Source of the DNA: Candidatus Hermodarchaeota archaeon
GTDB lineage: Archaea > Asgardarchaeota > Lokiarchaeia > Sigyniarchaeales > SOKP01
Assembly: GCA_048885925.1 (NCBI GenBank)
Contig: JBHLLG010000002.1
Location: forward strand, 1 to 64,000
DNA: 64,000 nucleotides
Direction: 5' to 3'
Of the stretch, positions 60,137 through 64,000 are shown piece after piece. The translations under genes and the position numbers were made by a program. The notes below the pieces were generated by a model that was not told where the DNA came from, ran no database searches, and saw only the letters and a list, made by a program, of their open reading frames with translations. Position 1 is the first letter of the stretch. Every line of letters begins with the position of its first letter.

Positions 60137-61942
60137 TCAAAATCCCCACCAAGGATGAATTGCTTTTCGCATTAAAGTCACATACTCTCTTAAAGCTTGT
60201 TTTTGATCAGTGGTTAATTCATTAACAAACTTTCCCATTAGCTGCCTCACGTGAGATTCGGGAATACTTACATAGAAAGTTTCATCTTTTCCTATATCCC
60301 GTCCGATTTCAATTCCTCGAATTGAAATTGCGACTTCTGAATCTTTGGATGCTTTTTCTAATGTTTGACCTTTATCTTGAATTTGATGAACTCTTCTTAC
60401 TCTTTTTCCTTTATCATTTATTAAGGGTACCTTTGGAAATAAAGTCCCAGCCTCAATATGAACTCCAAATACTGCAGGATCTGAATTTCTAAATATAAAA
60501 TCTGGAAGCATTTTTACTTTTGCAGGTAAGATTAGTTCACTTAACCCTTTGGCTGTATCTTCTGCCTTTCTAGTTTCAGCGTATTCAATATAATCTTCTA
60601 ATAATCGATAAATAACATCATTAGTAAATATTCTAATATTATCAATAGTCGCTTGTTCTTTAGCTTCAGGTAATATTTCAACATTGAATCCTAAAACAGC
60701 AGCGGAATAAGGATCTAACTGTCTAACAATATATGCATTAATGATATCTTCTTTCTTTATTGGTCCTACATCAGCAACACTGATTTTTACACCACTTTTC
60801 GTAAAGTGATTTTCTAATGCTTCAAGTGAACCCAAAGTATCTGCTTTTAAAACTACTCCTGCTTTATCAGTTTTTATCCTAATACTTTCAACTTCCGATT
60901 CAATTTGATTATATACAATTTCTTCTTCAGAATGGTCTTTTATGCTTCTAAATGGAGACCCTGCAACAACATCATCAATATTTGGAGCAAGGATTTTAAT
61001 ACCTACTGCAGCACTTACCATCTCAACTGAGTCAAATCTTTGTCTAGGATCCCTGATTTCATCTAATGGTTTAGGAAGTAGTAAGGCTCTCACTTTTGAC
61101 TTAATAGGTTTTTCTAATCCTCCAACTATGAATTCATCACCTTTGTTAATAATCCCATCGTAAATAAGAACATCCATAGTTTTCCCCTGGCCCTTTTCTT
61201 TTTTGACTTCTAAAACAACACCTTTAGCTGCTCCTTCAGAAAATTTTAGATTCTTGGTTAAGTATTGTTGAACTAAGCCCATTAAAATCAATAGGAGGGT
61301 TGATATTCCTTCGCCTGTTTTACCACTTGTGGGTACAATAGCAATCTTTTTGGTAAAATCTTTAATCTTATCATACCGATCAATACCTTTAAATCCTTCT
61401 TCTAAAAAATTACCCATTATCTGTAAAACTTTTTCATCTAAGAAATCTTTAACATGAGGTTTTTGAGAATTATAAGAATCTAGAAAATCAGCATCTTTTT
61501 TTGATTTCCATCCAGAAAGTCTATCTATTTTATTAGCAGCAATGATAAAAGGTGTTTTTCTTTCTCTTAAAATTCTAACAGATTCCCATGTAATAGGCAT
61601 CGTTCCAGCAGTGACATCAATGACCAAAATAGCAATGTCGGCAACTGCTCCACCTCTTTTTCGAAGATTAAGAAAAGCAGCATGACCTGGAGTATCAATA
61701 ACTAAAATACCTGGAAGTTTAAGTTCTTTTTCAGCAAATTCTTGTTTAGATTTTCTTAAAAATTCCCTTATATCATTGGTTGGAAAATAAGATGCACCTA
61801 TATGTTGCGTGATTCCAGCAGCTTCTCTTTGTTGAACGACTGTACCTCTGATATAATCTAATATAGTTGTCTTTCCATGGTCTATATGGCCAAGAATGCA
61901 AACAATTGGAGCTCTGATTATCTTATTTTCACTTTCAGTCAT
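60137..61942 (-). CDS. infB: Translation initiation factor aIF5B (IF-2)
   Basis: RAPIVCILGHIDHGKTT, EAAGITQHIGA, DTPGH, NKID, KADTLGSLEAL. Confidence 0.97.
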   Translation of the reverse strand: MTESENKIIRAPIVCILGHIDHGKTTILDYIRGTVVQQREAAGITQHIGASYFPTNDIREFLRKSKQEFAEKELKLPGILVIDTPGHAAFLNLRKRGGAVADIAILVIDVTAGTMPITWESVRILRERKTPFIIAANKIDRLSGWKSKKDADFLDSYNSQKPHVKDFLDEKVLQIMGNFLEEGFKGIDRYDKIKDFTKKIAIVPTSGKTGEGISTLLLILMGLVQQYLTKNLKFSEGAAKGVVLEVKKEKGQGKTMDVLIYDGIINKGDEFIVGGLEKPIKSKVRALLLPKPLDEIRDPRQRFDSVEMVSAAVGIKILAPNIDDVVAGSPFRSIKDHSEEEIVYNQIESEVESIRIKTDKAGVVLKADTLGSLEALENHFTKSGVKISVADVGPIKKEDIINAYIVRQLDPYSAAVLGFNVEILPEAKEQATIDNIRIFTNDVIYRLLEDYIEYAETRKAEDTAKGLSELILPAKVKMLPDFIFRNSDPAVFGVHIEAGTLFPKVPLINDKGKRVRRVHQIQDKGQTLEKASKDSEVAISIRGIEIGRDIGKDETFYVSIPESHVRQLMGKFVNELTTDQKQALREYVTLMRKAIHPWWGF

Positions 61943-62066
61943 ATTTTATCACGAATCTCATTAATAATTTCAAAATATTTTTACTAATACTTATAATATA
62001 AAAATATTTAATATACGTTTAGAAGTTTATTCTGTAATTTTGGAAATAATGAGTGAAAAGTGATAA

Positions 62067-64000
62067 TTATTTAGTATTAAGATATTTGCCTAAATACTGC
62101 CCAGTAAAAGAATTATGTTCTTTAATAATTTCTTCAGGAGTTCCAATTGTTACGATATTACCGCCTTTTTCTCCTCCTTCAGGTCCAAGATCGATAATAT
62201 AATCAACAGATTTTATAATATCCATATTATGTTCAATAATAATTACAGTATTACCTTTATCAACTAACTTTTGAAGAACCTTTAGTAAAAAATTAATATC
62301 ATAGGATGATAATCCTGTTGTAGGCTCATCTAAGATATAAAGTGTGTTTCCCGTACTTGTTTTTCTCAATTCTCTTGCAATTTTTAATCGTTGTGATTCT
62401 CCTCCACTTAAAGTAGTCGAGGATTGACCTAATTCTAAATAACCCAACCCTACATCTACTACAGTTTTAATAGTTCTTTTTAATTTTGGAAAACTATCAA
62501 AAAATTCTAAGGCTTGATGAAAAGTCATTTTTAGAACATCGTAGATTGATTTTTCACGATATTTAATCTCCAGTGTTTCAGAATTATATCTTTTTCCTTT
62601 ACATAAATCGCATTTTATATAAACATCTGGTAAGAAATACATTTCTTTAAGAATATAACCAGTTCCTTTACATTTCTTACAGTGACCTGATGTTGTATTA
62701 AAGCTAAACCTTCCCTTTTTATATCCTCTCTCTCTTGATTCAGGTAATCCTGCAAAAATTTCTCTAATATAGTCTAAAGCTTTCGTATAAGTAGCAGGGA
62801 CCGATCTGGGAGTTCTTCCAATTGGAGATTGATCAATATTTATAATTTTATCTATCTTCTCAAAACCATTAATCGAACCAAACTTCCCTTCTTTAACTTG
62901 TGAACTTCGAATATTTACTAAATTATGAAGACCTTTATATAAACAATCAATAATCAAACTAGTTTTGCCAGCACCAGATACTCCTGTTATACAAGTAAAA
63001 ACTCCTAATGGAATTTTTACATCGATATTTTTTAAATTATTCTCTTCTGCTCCTTTAATTTCGATAAAATCTCCATTGATTTTTCTTCTACTTTTTGGGA
63101 TTTTAATTTTTTTTTTTCCTGATAAATATTCTCCTGTTAATGTATTCGAATTGAGAATAATTTCTATTGGACCTTCAGCTACTATTTCTCCTCCTCGTTC
63201 TCCTGCTAATGGTCCTAAATCAATAATATGATCTGCATTACGCATTATTGCTTCATCATGTTCTACCACTATAACAGTATTTCCCAAATCTCTTAATTTT
63301 TTTAACATATTTACAAGGCGATTGATATCTCTTTGATGTAGACCTATACTGGGTTCATCCAAAACATATAAAACGCCTACTAAACTAGAACCTAATTGTG
63401 TAGCTAATCTAATCCTTTCTGCTTCTCCGACTGATAATGTATCTGAACGACGATTTAATGAAATATAATCTAATCCAACATTTTCAAGGAAAGATAACCG
63501 ATTTAATATCTCTTTTAAGACTTCTTTTACTATTGTCTTTTCTAACTCACTTAATTGTAATTCTTGAAAATATTTTAAGGAATCTTTAACAGATAAAGAT
63601 GAGAGTTCAGCAATATTAAGATTGTTTATTGTTACCGCTAAACTTTCTGGTTTTAATCGCTTTCCATTACATTGAGGACAATCTATTCGATTCATAAAAC
63701 TTTCATAAATTTCACGAGCCCATTCTGAACGAGTTTCCATATACCTTCTATGCAATAATGGAATTATTCCCTCAAAAGGTCGTACTACTTGCCAAGATGA
63801 TCTAAATTCACCATTATAATTATTAATTTCATTACTATCACTTTTAAAATGGAATTCAATTGATTCATTTTCAGTTCCATAAAGAATTTTATGGAGATAT
63901 TTTGGATCAATATCTTTAATTGGAGTTTTATTTGTATTGAATCCATAATGCTTTGCTACTTGAATTATAGTTTGCCAAGAATATCCATTTTCCGATCCAA
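62067..64000 (-). CDS. uvrA: Excinuclease ABC subunit UvrA (5' part lies outside the window)
   Basis: CPQCNGKRL, LATQLGS...LDEPSIGLH, GVSGAGKT, DQSPIGRTPRS, LSGGE, LDEPTTGL; frame stays open to the window edge. Confidence 0.96.
   Translation of the reverse strand, partial: GSENGYSWQTIIQVAKHYGFNTNKTPIKDIDPKYLHKILYGTENESIEFHFKSDSNEINNYNGEFRSSWQVVRPFEGIIPLLHRRYMETRSEWAREIYESFMNRIDCPQCNGKRLKPESLAVTINNLNIAELSSLSVKDSLKYFQELQLSELEKTIVKEVLKEILNRLSFLENVGLDYISLNRRSDTLSVGEAERIRLATQLGSSLVGVLYVLDEPSIGLHQRDINRLVNMLKKLRDLGNTVIVVEHDEAIMRNADHIIDLGPLAGERGGEIVAEGPIEIILNSNTLTGEYLSGKKKIKIPKSRRKINGDFIEIKGAEENNLKNIDVKIPLGVFTCITGVSGAGKTSLIIDCLYKGLHNLVNIRSSQVKEGKFGSINGFEKIDKIINIDQSPIGRTPRSVPATYTKALDYIREIFAGLPESRERGYKKGRFSFNTTSGHCKKCKGTGYILKEMYFLPDVYIKCDLCKGKRYNSETLEIKYREKSIYDVLKMTFHQALEFFDSFPKLKRTIKTVVDVGLGYLELGQSSTTLSGGESQRLKIARELRKTSTGNTLYILDEPTTGLSSYDINFLLKVLQKLVDKGNTVIIIEHNMDIIKSVDYIIDLGPEGGEKGGNIVTIGTPEEIIKEHNSFTGQYLGKYLNTK

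Noticed and set aside
60137-61942. Intein/intron in aIF5B (a common intein host)
   Set aside because: Normal length (601 aa) and continuous motifs.
7870-63231. Numerous short antisense or alternate-frame ORFs in the track (e.g. 7870-8136, 9156-9413, 10661-10993, 22221-22694, 37060-37563, 49018-49410, 56480-56731, 58052-58390)
   Set aside because: They lie within well-supported genes and have no recognisable motifs; shadow ORFs.
1-64000. tRNA/rRNA genes, CRISPR arrays, IS elements, integrases, prophage or defence systems
   Set aside because: None seen: no cloverleaf-like GC-rich islands in intergenic DNA, no regularly spaced repeats, no transposase/integrase motifs. Manual reading could miss very short ncRNAs.

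Overview
Strongly AT-rich archaeal chromosomal segment. It is almost certainly from an Asgard archaeon (Lokiarchaeia-like): the archaeal information-processing genes (L7Ae, S28e, the rpoE1-spt4-DUF359-S24e-S27ae-kae1-bud32 cluster, TFB, Taw1, aIF5B, class I CCA enzyme, EF-2) are interspersed with eukaryotic-signature proteins (gelsolin-domain protein, two roadblock proteins, three Ras/Rab-like and one Arf/Rag-like small GTPase, a pseudo-GTPase/alpha-solenoid) and metabolic genes. No tRNA, rRNA, CRISPR array or mobile element was recognised. The top finding is that the EF-2 gene (minus strand, 57069-54787) is interrupted by a 30-nt insert (56880-56851) carrying an in-frame UAA. The insert folds into a bulge-helix-bulge/loop motif, and the canonical tRNA-splicing-endonuclease cut sites remove exactly these 30 nt, restoring the conserved D-x-D-x-x-EQERGITI motif. 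This is a candidate EndA-type mRNA intron in a core translation factor. Other notable signals are several genes (including the conserved spt4 and l7ae) that appear to start at AUA/AUU/AUC behind good Shine-Dalgarno motifs, a tandem kink-turn over the l7ae ribosome-binding site, an in-frame uORF with a duplicated motif ahead of tfb, and an apparently catalytically dead CoA-transferase-GNAT fusion divergent from acs. All product calls come from motif recognition by eye; no database searches were run.
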